From Prorocentrum cordatum (taxonomy: Eukaryota), in assembly GCA_963575745.1 (NCBI GenBank), contig CAUYUJ010000092.1, positions 310,001 to 374,000 on the forward strand: a stretch of DNA of 64,000 nucleotides, written 5' to 3'. The notes below the pieces were generated by a model. That model searched no databases. It was not told the DNA's origin and saw only the letters and a list, made by a program, of their open reading frames with translations. Within the stretch, counting starts at the first letter, position 1; each line of letters opens with the position of its first letter. This document shows, in pieces, positions 50,601 to 61,068 of this stretch. The position numbers and the translations under genes were made by a program.

Positions 50601-51952
50601 CGTGTGTGCGTGTATCTGCGTGCGTGTGTCTGTGTGTGTGCGTGCGTACGCGCGTGTTTGTGTTCATGTGTGCGTACGCGCTTGTGTTCGCGTATGTGTG
50701 TGTGTGTGCGTGTGTGGGTGGGTGTGCGTCTGTGTGTGTTTGTGTATGCGCGTGCGCGCGTGCGCGCGTTCGTGCGTGCGTGCGTATGTGTTTATGGTTG
50801 CACGCTGGCAGTACGACTCAGTTTCTGCTGCCCCCCCCCCGCCGGTCCGCCGCTGGGCTGCTGCGTGAGGGCTCGGTCTGCCGCCGTAGGTGTGGCCTCT
50901 TTCCGCCGCCTTAGGTTAGTTCGTCGCTGCGCGCCCCGCTTTGACTGGACTCGCCGCCGGCGCGCTCGCCCGCGGCCGCTGACTAAAAAGTATGTGTTTA
51001 TGGATTCGGGTGTGCGCGTGTGTGCCTGCGTCTCTCGAGAAGCCAAGACGCGACGGGGCGGATTGATGACAGGATGTCGTCTGAGGAGAGGCCAGCGGTG
51101 GCCGTCGTGGGCAACTGCAGGTGACGAGGGGGAGAGCGGGAGGGAGTGAAAATGGGAGATAGAACGACGGCGAAGGAGCAGGAGGGGGACCAAGATGAGG
51201 AAGAGGAGACGGTGGGAGGGAAGGGGAGGGGAGGGACGGGGAACTGAACTTCGACGAGTTCGTCCGCATGATGAGCGCGCTGAAGATCAATCTCAAGGGC
51301 GACAGGATGGTGCAACTGTTCCAGGCGAGCATAGAGGAGAGGAGAAAAGGCGGAGGCGGATGTGGACCATGCGCAAGAGGGATGAGGAGTAGAGGGGAGG
51401 GAAAGGACGAGGAGGAAAATAATGGCGGACCTGCTTGAGGTCTTCGACCGAGACAACGGGGGCAGCATCGACAAGAAGGATTACCCCTCTCCCTCCTCCT
51501 CGCCCCCGCCCCTCCCCCCCCGACTACACCCCCGCTTTCGCCTTTTCTGGCCCGGCCAAGGAGATCATCCGGGCAATCTTCCCGCAGTTGTTCCAACAGA
51601 TCTTGCAGCAAGAGAAGGTCCGGGGGCGCCAACTGTCCGGCTGCATCGATCCTGGCCAGGCCCATCCCGGGGACGTTTGACAGGAATGTGTTGGGACACG
51701 GACCATGTAGACCGACAGTTGGCGTCACTTCGAAGGTAGAAAAAGAAAAAAGAGAGCGAGAGGACATCAGGGCATCCAAAATCGCAGGGAGCTCGCACCC
51801 CACCCTGCCGGACACAATGGAGAGAAGGAGGAGGGGAAAGGGAAGGAAGATTGGGTGGGGCGGAGGAGGAGGAGAAATGTGATGATGATGATGAGGAGGA
51901 GGAGGAGGAGGAGGAGGAGGAGGACTCGACTCGATTCGGTGAAGGCTCATAG
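24067..51952 (+). CDS. Multi-exon gene span: 6TM voltage-gated-type potassium channel with two C-terminal EF-hands (5' end and S2 exon unresolved)
   Basis: Collinear exons encode S1, S3, S4, S5-pore-S6 and EF-hands; most junctions from 46362 onward join in frame with AG acceptors and GT/GC/GA donors. Confidence 0.8.
25821..25990. mobile_element. MITE with ~36-bp TIRs
   Basis: ACCACCCACCAAACCATCCCAACCCAACCCGAAG ... CTTCGGGTTGGGTTGGGGTGGTCTGGTAGGTAGT; ATATAA on both flanks. Confidence 0.8.
26113..26287. mobile_element. Foldback-type MITE built from palindromic GAAGGCAGATCTGCCTTC units; a partial extra end lies at ~26303-26343
   Basis: GGTCTACTCTGTAAGAACGGTTTTTTGAAGG ... CCTTCAAAAAACCGTTCTTACAGAGTAGACC. 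Confidence 0.85.
28250..28470. repeat. Two ~110-bp units with internal TAACTCGGG/CCCGAGTTA inverted motifs; same family at 43714-44062
   Basis: CAGAGCCCC..ATCATCAGGGG(T/C)AACTCGGGTCAGGGCT shared between both loci. Confidence 0.85.
28933..29046 (+). CDS. K+ channel exon, S1 helix
   Basis: [38 protein letters not shown] after an AG; the S...F.+ET pattern is typical of Kv S1; 3' boundary approximate. Confidence 0.75.
29930..30755. repeat. Degenerate CCCCTCATGC(TGGGG)-based minisatellite
   Basis: Dozens of ACCCCTCATGCTGGGG variants. Confidence 0.9.
30880..31960 (+). mobile_element. Degenerate Ty1/copia RT C-terminus and RNase H relic
   Basis: Across frames: [27 protein letters not shown]...HAMQLN...RSNGSF (the SDxSF equivalent), [17 protein letters not shown], and [15 protein letters not shown] (copia terminal ADxLTK motif). 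Confidence 0.75.
32700..33190 (-). mobile_element. Relic of a CRE-like non-LTR retrotransposon RT N-terminus
   Basis: [25 protein letters not shown]...[21 protein letters not shown] resembles K..GG.RPIAV...RLAA...L.P.QLGVG...E..H. Confidence 0.45.
34090..34780 (-). mobile_element. Possible relic of a CRE-like element C-terminus (thumb, Zn knuckle/REL region)
   Basis: LP...KGGLCGI...LAAA followed by C...[19 protein letters not shown]; heavily degenerate. Confidence 0.3.
34783..35685. repeat. 12-bp (ATCGATCTCACW)n minisatellite followed by (CAT)n
   Basis: Direct reading. Confidence 0.95.
35870..35990. repeat. Dispersed repeat; inverted copy at ~47510-47605
   Basis: CGCAGCTTCGCCTCGCCCGC...CGAAACCGA...GATTTCCCGGT is present in reverse complement at 47530-47600. 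Confidence 0.7.
38975..39200. repeat. 18-bp GCGCTGTGGTGTACACAG minisatellite
   Basis: Direct reading. Confidence 0.85.
40617..40815. mobile_element. MITE with ~50-bp TIRs and 5-bp TSD CAAGC
   Basis: TAGGGGAACGAAGCATGACATAAACATGAAAATTCGGAGGTCCGCGCGGAT ... ATCCGCGCGGACCTCCGAGTTTTTATGTTTATGTAATGGTTTGTTCCCCTG; CAAGC at 40612-40616 and 40816-40820. Confidence 0.85.
40891..41152. mobile_element. MITE-like element with ~55-bp imperfect TIRs and internal CATCGCCGATG repeats
   Basis: AGGCCTCC...CCGAGCAGATGGTGTCGAAGGATCG..CCGCATCGCC is the inverse of GGCGATGCGG..CGATCTTCCGACCCCATCTCCTCGG...GGAGGCCT. Confidence 0.7.
41651..41689 (+). CDS. K+ channel exon, S2-S3 linker and start of S3
   Basis: [13 protein letters not shown] matches the F...P.N.+D motif of voltage-sensor S3; boundaries approximate. 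Confidence 0.75.
43714..44062. repeat. TAACTCGGG/CCCGAGTTA repeat family in direct and inverted arrangement
   Basis: CAGAGCCCCAAAATCATCAGGGGTAACTCGGG at ~43714 and ~43829; its reverse complement ends at ~43946. Confidence 0.85.
45998..46069 (+). CDS. K+ channel exon, rest of S3
   Basis: [24 protein letters not shown] continues N..DL-I-S-x-LP; GT donor at 46070; 5' boundary uncertain. Confidence 0.7.
46312..46362 (+). CDS. K+ channel exon, S4 (alternative start 46300)
   Basis: [19 protein letters not shown] donor; joins in frame to VLRRNF at 48305. Confidence 0.75.
48305..48741 (+). CDS. K+ channel exon: end of S4, S5, pore, S6 and start of EF-hand 1
   Basis: [18 protein letters not shown] selectivity filter; [13 protein letters not shown]6; ends FDADG with a GA donor. 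Confidence 0.95.
49255..50795. repeat. (GT)n / (GTGC)n / (GTGAGT)n microsatellite field with a non-repetitive interruption at ~49590-49950
   Basis: Direct reading. Confidence 0.93.
51234..51324 (+). CDS. K+ channel exon, EF-hand 1
   Basis: Splicing gives [34 protein letters not shown], a canonical 12-residue loop; GC donor. Confidence 0.9.
51440..51478 (+). CDS. K+ channel exon, EF-hand 2 loop
   Basis: [15 protein letters not shown] acceptor, GA donor. Confidence 0.88.
51561..51617 (+). CDS. K+ channel exon, EF-hand 2 exit helix
   Basis: [19 protein letters not shown] supplies the position-12 Glu of the loop; AG acceptor, GT donor. Confidence 0.88.
51763..51952 (+). CDS. Candidate last two exons ([19 protein letters not shown] ~51763-51819; DSTRFGEGS* 51923-51952)
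   Basis: Non-repetitive islands between GAG tracts with AG acceptors; no motif support. Confidence 0.4.
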
Positions 51953-52859
51953 CTCGTAGTCAGCCTGCGAGTAAGAGAGCCTCAGCACTGCGTGAGGCCG
52001 AAGAAGCAGAAAGTTGGGAGACCCCATCATCCCAGCCTGTCCTGGCTGCCGGGCAGGCAGCACGTGAAGAGGCCGCTGGACGGCACTGCGTGGCGGATGG
52101 CGCGCATGAAGCGTGTTTGTGTTCGCGTCGCCGCTGCATCGCCTGAAGAAGCTCACGCGTGAGCTCTACTCTGGCGGGTGGTGGCAGGGGAGGAGGAGGA
52201 GGAGGAGGAGGAGGAGGAGGAGGAGAACGAGGAAGAGAGTTCGGGTCCCAGGGCCCCCCGAAGGCCTCCAGAGCCTGCCAGACACCCTCCTCCGAGTCGG
52301 GGTCCAAAAGCCCTCAAGCTCCCCCTGAGACAGCAGAAGACTCCTCGGGGGGCATGGCCAGTCAAGGCGGTAATATTTGGGCCTGAATTGTGGCTCGGAT
52401 TCCATGAAAATCAAATGCTCTTTCTGCCTCCTCGGTATCATCAGTATACGGGCCAAGAGCCTGTAGAAAGCAGCTCAGCTTTTAAGGAAGACCACGGCAA
52501 TCTAGATCATCAAAATCACGTAAATTCACGGACTCCTCGTTGACATATTATGAGACCGAACGCGCCATAGTCGAACACAAGTCCTGCGGAAGTCTTTTTT
52601 TCTCTTGGGATGGGTTCGCCGTTTACCTGTCTCTGGGCCGATGCCGGACAGGGTGGCGTGAGTACGCTTAGGATGATCGCAGCTGCCCCCCTTCCCTTGC
52701 CCACAGAGGTGGACGGGACTGGGCAGAGCTAGGAGGAAGAGGAGACGGAGGAGGAGGAGGATGACATTGATGGGTAGGGGTAGCGTGGTGGTGGGTGGAA
52801 GGAAGGAGAACAACATTAGCCTGGCGAAGGACCCAACCATATGCAGTTGTGAATGCCGC

Positions 52860-54647
52860 AATTGTGCTGGGTGGTGGCGGACGCATGCGGGCGGTGCCAC
52901 TGGGACCTTCGGTGGAGCTCCCTATGGGGCCACGAAACGCTGTACTGGGTGGGTGAGACGCGGTCAGCAAGGGCTGTGCTGCGTGGTGGCGGACGCATGC
53001 GAGCGGTGCCACTGGGACCTTCGGTGGAGCTCCCTATGGGGCCACGAAACGCTGTACTGGGTGGGTGAAACGCAGGCAGGGAGCAAGGGCTGTGCAGGGT
53101 GGTGGCGGACGCATGCGGGCGGTGCCGCTGGGACCTTTGGTGGAGCTCCCTATAGGGCTACGAAGCGCTGTTCTGGGTGGGTGAAGCGCAGGGAACAAGG
53201 GCTGTGCTGGGTGGTGGCGGACGCAAGCGGGCAGTGCCACTGGGACCTTTGGTGGAGCCCCCTATGGGGCCACGAAACGTGCGAGGGGTGTGCCAGAATG
53301 GGGTGTGGAACCGCATGCCAGCGCAGCCACTGGGGCCTTCGGTGGAGCTCCCTATGGAGCCACGAAACGTGTGAGGGGTGTGCCGAAATGGGGGGTGGAA
53401 CCGCATGCGAGCGCAGCCACTGCGGCGTTCGGTGGAGCTCCCTATGGGGCCACGAGACGTGTGAAGGGCGTGCCGAAAAAGGGGGTGGAACCGCATGCGA
53501 GCGCAGCCACTGGGGCCTTCGGTGGAGCTCCCTATGGGGCCACGAACCGTGTGAGGGGTGTGCCAGAATGGGGGGTGGAACCGCATGCGGGCGCAGCCAC
53601 TGGGGCCTTCGGTGGAGCTCCCTATGGGGCCACGAAACGTGTGAGGGGTGTGCCAGAATGGGGGTGGAACCGCATGCGGGCGCAGCCACTGGGGCCTTCG
53701 GTGGAGCTCCCTATGGGGCCACGAAACGTGTGAGGGGTGTGCCAGAATGGGGGGTGGAACCGCATGCGGGCGCAGCCACTGGGGCCTTCGGTGGAGCTCC
53801 CTATGGGGCCACGAAACGTGTGAGGGGTGTGCCAGAATGGGGGGTGGAACCGCATGCGGGCGCAGCCACTGGGGCCTTCGGTGGAGCTCCCTATGGGGCC
53901 ACGAAACGTGTGAGGGGTGTGCCAGAATGGGGGGTGGAACCGCATGCGGGCGCAGCCACTGGGGCCTTCGGTGGAGCTCCCTATGGGGCCACGAAACGTG
54001 TGAGGGGTGTGCCAGAATGGGGGGTGGAACCGCATGCGGGCGCAGCCACTGGGGCCTTCGGTGGAGCTCCCTATGGGGCCACGAAACGTGTGAGGGGTGT
54101 GCCAGAATGGGGGGTGGAACCGCATGCGGGCGCAGCCACTGGGGCCTTCGGTGGAGCTCCCTATGGGGCCACGAAACGTGTGAGGGGTGTGCCAGAATGG
54201 GGGGTGGAACCGCATGCGGGCGCAGCCACTGGGGCCTTCGGTGGAGCTCCCTATGGGGCCACGAAACGTGTGAGGGGTGTGCCAGAATGGGGGGTGGAAC
54301 CGCATGCGGGCGCAGCCACTGGGGCCTTCGGTGGAGCTCCCTATGGGGCCACGAAACGTGTGAGGGGTGTGCCAGAATGGGGGGTGGAACCGCATGCGGG
54401 CGCAGCCACTGGGGCCTTCGGTGGAGCTCCCTATGGGGCCACGAAACGTGTGAGGGGTGTGCCAGAATGGGGGGTGGAACCGCATGCGGGCGCAGCCACT
54501 GGGCCTTCGGTGGAGCTCCCTATGGGGCCACGAAACGTGTGAGGGGTGTGCCAGAATGGGGGGTGGAACCGCATGCGGGCGCAGCCACTGGGGCCTTCGG
54601 TGGAGCTCCCTATGGGGCCACGAAACGTGTGAGGGGTGTGCCAGAAT
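52860..54647. repeat. 90-bp tandem array, ~19 copies, diverged on the left and nearly identical on the right
   Basis: GGTGGAGCTCCCTATGGGGCCACGAAACG recurs with 90-bp period. Confidence 0.97.
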
Positions 54648-56630
54648 AGGTGTGGGAGGGGGAGGAGGGGGGAGGAAGGGGAGGAGGAGGAAGGAGGAGG
54701 AGGAAGGAACGCGGGGCGACGTCTCTTCAAAACGAGGACCCAACACCACAGGATGGTTGGGAAAAACTCACAAGCACATCGCCCGAGAGCTCTGTAATGG
54801 CATTGGTCGAGGTGGTATCACCAGGAGCTGCGATGGTCGGTAGGGTAAAAGGGCCGCTGTGATTGAGCAGTCGAACTTTCGCAGCGGAAGTATCCCCGCT
54901 GCGGGGGCAGTGGACGCCTGGCGTGGTCTTGATCGCTTTTGAGCAGCATCCGCGAGGAGTGGCCTGGGGCCCTGGACCCTGCCTTTCCCGACCTGGCTCC
55001 ACTCAGGAGAGGAAAAAGCACACAGACACAATTGATCCTCGATTCCCCAGAAAACATGGGAAAATATGGGAAGTGGGGGGGAAGACAGAAACCCAGAAAA
55101 TATTGCAAAATATGGGGAATCTTTTTATTTGTGTGTATTTATTTGTGTGTCCTGGGGCCCCTTCATCCACCCCCAGGCCCAGGCCCCCAGGGAACGGGCA
55201 CGGACCAGGAGGAGGAGGTCAGCCACGCGCAGAGGGGGGGTAGCGGGAGGGGGGAAGGCTTCTTAGCAGCACCCTTGGTTCTTAGAAGGCGCGGGCCTCA
55301 TCGATGTCAGGAAGGCCGGCGCCCTCCGAGAGGCAGCCTTGTTCCACGAAGCCTTCCCCCTCCCCCTTTACCCCCTTGTGCGCGCCGCCAGGGAGGACCA
55401 GAGTAAATCCAGGGCGCATCAACCATGCCCGTCCCAAGTTCCCTCCCCGTAGGGCCCCCCGCGAACCCTCCCTTTTCACCGCAAGGGGGCGCCCCCATTG
55501 ACAGCCGAGTGCCCTGTCGACCTGCCATTTACACGAGAACCCCGTCGCAAGAAGGAGAGAGGGGGCGAGGAGCAGGAGGCGGAGGAGGCTGAGGAGGAGG
55601 CGGAGGCTGAGGAGGAGGAGGAGGAGGAGGAGGAGGAGGAGGAGGGGGAGGAGGAGGAGAGGAGTCAATTCCAGTCATGATGCACCGACGGTGCTGCAAT
55701 ACACCAGCTTCGCACGTCCCCTCCTCGCGCCTCCCTGCAAATTCCGTGCGCGTTACGAGACTCGCACCCTTCCAGCTACATACAGAGCATGTGACAAGGC
55801 TGGGTCATGATGGTCCAATGTGAGGAAGTCTCGTGCGAGAGCTCCGCTCTGAAAGCTACTGAGGCTTCTGATGTTGTTGTCTTGTTCTCTTTAGGCACCC
55901 CCGCGCCAGAACCTCCTCACATCCCCTCTCATCTTCTCTTCGTTCTTACAGTCGTCATCATGCTTACCGCACACACCCACACACAAACCCATAACATCGC
56001 CACCATCATCAGTACCCACACACACACTCACACACTCATTGTACGCTCATCTGGAAGAAGTCTCGAGCGGGAGCCTCGTCCGTGAGTGAATTGCGAGGAG
56101 GTCTCGAACTGGAGCCCCGACCTCTAGGGCCCGCACGTTATGGTTCTATCTGAGAGAGTCACGGAACTTTGTGACCGTCGTTATGTTTGAGTTCTTGGGA
56201 ATTGGGTATTGAGGAAGTCTCGTGCGGCAACCTCGTTTGTGAGTACATGGCAGCCCACCCCTTCATAGGACCCCATCTCGTTTTTGGTAATTCGACGAAT
56301 CGATTGCCTTGGTTTCAGTGGCGAGCGGCACCGAGGCGTCTGCACGGCTTGCTTGTTCCGCGCACGAGAGGACGAGGAGGAGGAGGAGCAAAAGGAGACA
56401 GCAGAAGAAGGCAGGAGGAAGAGGAGCCAGGAGGAGGAGGCAGTATGTGGCAGGAGAAGGAGCCTGAATTAGCAGAAGGCAACAGGAGCAGGCATGAGGA
56501 GGAGGCCGGAAGACGGTGATGCAGGAGGTGGCAGGAGGAGAAGGAGGAGGAGGAGGCAGGAGAAGGAGGAGGCAGGACGGTGAAGAGGAGGAGGGAGGGG
56601 CGAGGAGGGGAAGGATGCATTAGGAGGCAG

Positions 56631-56710
56631 GTTACGAGCTTCCACACCCACATCGACCGCAACCTCATCAACAACATTTCGCGCATGCAAGCTAAGGAGA
56701 TGATCGTGAG
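56631..56710 (+). CDS. Candidate exon of a second gene, function unknown
   Basis: CAG acceptor after a purine tract; VTSFHTHIDRNLINNISRMQAKEMIV with GC3-rich codons. Confidence 0.45.
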
Positions 56711-57844
56711 GGGTCCTACCGTCGGAGTTTTTGTTGAAGATGAATGCGCGTGGCGCCAAGGCGACAACCTCATTTTGAAAACGCGCCACCGTCAATATTT
56801 GCAGTTGTTGCGAACTTGGCTCCGGTAATTTGGCTCATGCAACCGTTTGGGTTCAAAATATTTGGCTCCAGTAGCCGCTTGGGCTTGCCAGCGACCCTGC
56901 ACTCTGTGTATAGATTCCAGTCTAGCCCGCTGCTTGGTAAGCAGTGTCGGCTACATCTCTGGTCCGCTGCTGGTGCGCAGTGCTGGCTTTTCACTGGCAT
57001 CAAACATTATACACATGTCGTAACGGACTTGGGCATCTTGCTGAATGGCTTCCCGACGTTGGACAGGCAAGTCGAGGACGACACCTTGAAGCGCATCGCC
57101 GGCATCGGGAAGGGCATGGAATGCAGACGCATGCCAGCACTCCACGGTCTGCCACCTCAGCTGCAACAGCGGTGAACGGGGAGTCTACATTGGTGCCCGG
57201 TGGCCTCCCACAGCCGACTCTTGCAGGTGCCAAGGAGTGGCGCCAGAACGTTTTGGCGGCAGCGGAGGTTGAGGCGCGGAAGATGCACGACAAAGGCCCA
57301 GGAGAAAAGTTCAAAGGAACATTGTTCGTAGACTTCGACACGCACGCACGAGAAGGCCCAAACAGCACGCGACGCCCTCCAGCACGCACGCGCTGCATCA
57401 GAACTCGCCCGGGATGGCAGCTGGAAGGCTTGGTGCAAGTACGATGCGCCAGTCGAGACTCGCTCTCTGCGTTCGCTGCTCTTGGGATTCCGCTTTCTTC
57501 TTACCAAATGGGGTGTCGATAATAAGTACATCAAAGTGAACGCAGTCACGGGGACGGTCATAGCCGGCCGGGAGCTCATCATGATCGCCTTTGTGACGAA
57601 CGCCGCTCAACATAGAGTGGATGGATCGGGGGCGGGAGCGATGGCGAGAGCTCCAGAGTGACACGGAGTGGACGGGCATGAAGAACGACATGCAGGAGAG
57701 GCTTTACAAAAAGCACAGCACGCAAGGGGAAGAGGGCTGGCAAGGGCCAGCTGGGGCGCCGAGGGCGCCACGGGCTCGCAAGTAATGTTTCACCTTCTCG
57801 GGACAGAAGCGCCCAGGAGGACGCCGACGCGCACGAGGAACCAT

Positions 57845-60420
57845 TGCACTTTGCAGCGTGGAGCGCGCTTGGCCCCACTGACCTAAAGCTACCCAAAATG
57901 ACACATCACATGGCAAAGCTGAGTGTCAATATGTTGTGCGCGCAAGAGACGAGACGCCCCAGAGCAGACCAAGAGACGAGACGCCCCAGAGCAGACGTTT
58001 GCTGAACATGACGGGCACTGCGGTCGCATCATCGGGAGCAGGCACGACTGACCCGACACGGGCTGGAGTACGGTTCGCTGCGGCGCCGTCGCGCTCGCAG
58101 AGAACCCGTTCTTACATGCAAATATCAAGCAGATTGGCCATCCTGAAGTTGAAGGCCCAGACCGGCGCGTTCGGCGCCCTGCGTTCTTACGCGCCGCGCG
58201 ACGCAAGGCCATTGGAAGAGCGTCGCGTTTGCTGCCTTTGCTCGGCTGAAGAATACCGCGCCTGCTCTGCCAATCGCGGGAAGATCGTTGCCGGTGACTT
58301 CAACGCCTGACTCGGGCACGCGGGCGCAGGGGAAGGCCCCGCGACCGGGGGGGGGACGCGCGGGGCCGACGAGCAGCCCGCGAAGTAGACACCCCGAATC
58401 GCGACCTGCCCGCGGAGACGCGCATCGGGCTCACATTAAACTGGCCCAGACATGCTTCGACCAGCCACTGCAAAAGGAGATCACATTCATGGGGGCTGGC
58501 GCTCTCCCGAACGGCGGCATAACTGAGCATGCGTATCTTAGAATTTGAATTGCGCAGAGGTTCAAAGCTGCGCTCAACGCATTCTGCGAGGAGTCACCGG
58601 ACAGCGGTTCTGGGGACAGACCATTACCTCGTCTCGTGCTCAACTGGTCTTCGCCCCCCTGGGACTGCCGCGTAGAAGAGCCGCCATAAGCAAACTGACG
58701 CCCTGCGAGATCTAGAGAAGCAGAGATCATATGCATAAGATTTTCTGGGGGCCTTTAACACGTTCCAGACACCCACTCCAAGGGTCGCCGAACTTTGGCA
58801 ACGCGGGGACACGGCAATTCTCGACGCGGCCGCAGTCTTGCCAGAACGCCCTCCGGAGATTCAGAGGCCGCGGATATCTCGACGAACTTGAGATCTCGTC
58901 GAAGCAGCGCACGAGCCAACAATGACAGACACGAAGAGAGACGCATCATGAAGGAGGGCCGGAAATATGCTGAGATCGACAGAACAACACGGGTCGACGA
59001 CCACATTGCAAGCGGGAGTTTGGGGGCAATTCGGAAATATTGTCGCCTGAGGCCGCGTCGCCAAGGAAGATTGCGCAGCTTGTATGGGAAACTGATTGAC
59101 AGCGAGGAGCTGGCTGACGCCATGGCGACCATCCTGGAGTGCAATGGAGAGCGCGCTTTGCGAGGTTTCGGACAGCGCCACGCCGGGTCCGGAACTGCTT
59201 GTATCCGAGGCTCCTTTGCACAAATCAAGAGGCAGGTAAAGTCGCCTCGAAATTACTGCGAAACAAAGCTTCAGGGCCAGATGGCCCAGCGAAGTTTTGG
59301 AAAGCTGTCTTGAAAAAAAACTGGCGGGTTATCGTGGCTTACATAATGATGCAACGTGCACTTGGAGCCAGATGAGATGCCGACACCATGGCACGTGGCG
59401 GCCATCAGCACGATCTGCAAAGGCAAGGGGGCCCTTGACCAATGTGACAATTATCGGCAGATCAGCCTGGTATGCGTTGCGTACGAACTGTTCGCGAGTT
59501 TCCTGTTGGGGCGATTTCAGGCTGCGGCTTGCGGCGTGGGAGAGGGCCGACAGATGCCATTCGCGCTGCCAGGAGACTGCTCGATCGCACAAACTCTGGA
59601 TAAGACGGGGCCGTCGCCATGGTCGCTCTCGATTGGAAGAAAGCTTTCGACCCCATCAACGTGGACGCGCTGGGCGGAGCTCTTCGGACATTCGGAGTGT
59701 ATTATGATATCCATCATCGCCTATTCTTCAAGCACCGGAGGCTCTACGTTGCCGGCCATGGACGCCAATCTCCAGAAACAAACAACCGTTGTCTGGGATT
59801 TCGCAGGGCTGTTGTTCGCTCTCGCCATATCTCTTCGTCATGGTTATAAGCCATGTGGGCAACGCGACCCGAGAAGAGTACTAGGCGGGCAACTGGCCCA
59901 ACCTGCTGCACGCGGATGATACGCTGCTGATTGGAAATGCCAAGTGCATTTACAGCGTCTGCTGGATTAAGTCGCCGCCGCCGGAGCACGGGTGGGCATG
60001 GAACTGGCGCGTCGGCGCTGCTTGGGGTGCGTTCACAAAGTTTAAGCGGGCTTGGAAGCGCACCTCCATCAGCAAACGCAGAAAGCTCCAGATATTCCAA
60101 GCGATGGTAACAAGCAAGGTCCTTTTTTTATCTTGCCTCTGCGTGGCTGAATAAATCAGAGAGAAGGCGACTGGATGGGTCCCTGGCAAGGTGCCTCAGG
60201 CGAGTGTCCCCCCAGCTCTTTTTTTCGCGAATTTCGAACGGGACTGTCCTCGACGTCATTGGCCACGCCCCGCACAGCGCCCAACTACTCAGGCACCAAC
60301 TGTTTTGGTTTGGAAAGCTGGTGAGAGCAGACAGCGACGACATTTTTCGCGATCTGACGTTTTAGTCCAAGACGGGTCTGCCCGTTGCGCAGCAGCTGCG
60401 CAGGAGAAGAGGGCGCCAAC
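57845..60420 (+). mobile_element. Degenerate RTE-like LINE ORF2 (APE endonuclease and RT); probable ORF1 remnants at ~56950-57650
   Basis: APE: MLCAQET, AGVRF, SYAP, IVAGDFNA. RT: ICKGKG...NYRQISL, LDWKKAFD, QG..LSPYLF, LLHADDTLLI (59903-59932), KRRKLQIFQAMVTSK. Many frameshifts. Confidence 0.9.
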
Positions 60421-60478
60421 GCAATGACTGGGCCTCGTGCCTGTCGTGGAAGGTATCTGTCTGTTTTGGTTCGCACAG

Positions 60479-60569
60479 CAAGCTGGTGGACTGGGTCAAC
60501 GACGCGACGGCGAGGCACGAGTTCGTCGACCAGTACAACGGCGACCACGCCATCGAGCAGAATGAGTAG
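60479..60569 (+). CDS. Candidate exon of the second gene
   Basis: TTTTGGTTCGCACAG acceptor; KLVDWVNDATARHEFVDQYNGDHAIEQNE with almost all codons ending in G/C. Confidence 0.55.
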
Positions 60570-60619
60570 CTTGCGAGCCCGGCAGGCGCATTCGCATGCG
60601 AATTTGCATTTGTTTTCCT

Positions 60620-61068
60620 CACACACACACACACACACCTCCTCCTCCTCCTCCTCCTCCTCCTCCTCCTCCTTCTCCTCCTCCTCCTTCTCCTTCTCCT
60701 CCTCCTCCTCATCCTCTTCCTCCTCCTCCTCCTCATCATCATCATCCTCCTTCTCCACCTCCTCCTCCTCCTCTTCCTCTTCCTCCTCCCCCTCCTCCTC
60801 CTCCTCCTCCTCCTCCTCCTCCTCCTCCCCATCCTCCTCCTTCTCCTCCTCTCCTCCTCCTCCTCCTCCTCTCCTCCTCCTCCTCCCTCCTCCCTCCCTC
60901 CTCTCCTCCCCCTCCTCCTCCTCCTCCTCCTCGTCCTCCTCCTCCTCCTCCTCCTCGTTTTCCTCATGGTCCTTTTCCTCCTCCTCCTCCTCCTCCTCCT
61001 CCTCCTTCTCCTCCTCCTCCTTCTCCTCCTCCTCTTCCTCCTCTTCCTCCTCCTCTTCTTCCTCCTCT
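60620..61068. repeat. (CA)n followed by (CCT)n microsatellite
   Basis: Direct reading. Confidence 0.95.

Noticed and set aside
52761..54749. Long repeat-protein ORFs (GGAPYGATKRVRG...)
   Set aside because: The 90-bp unit is a multiple of 3 and is open in several frames on both strands; single-base slips switch frame freely
56820..56872. ATTTGGCTC matches as relic spliced leaders
   Set aside because: Too short and mismatched; no coherent ORF follows
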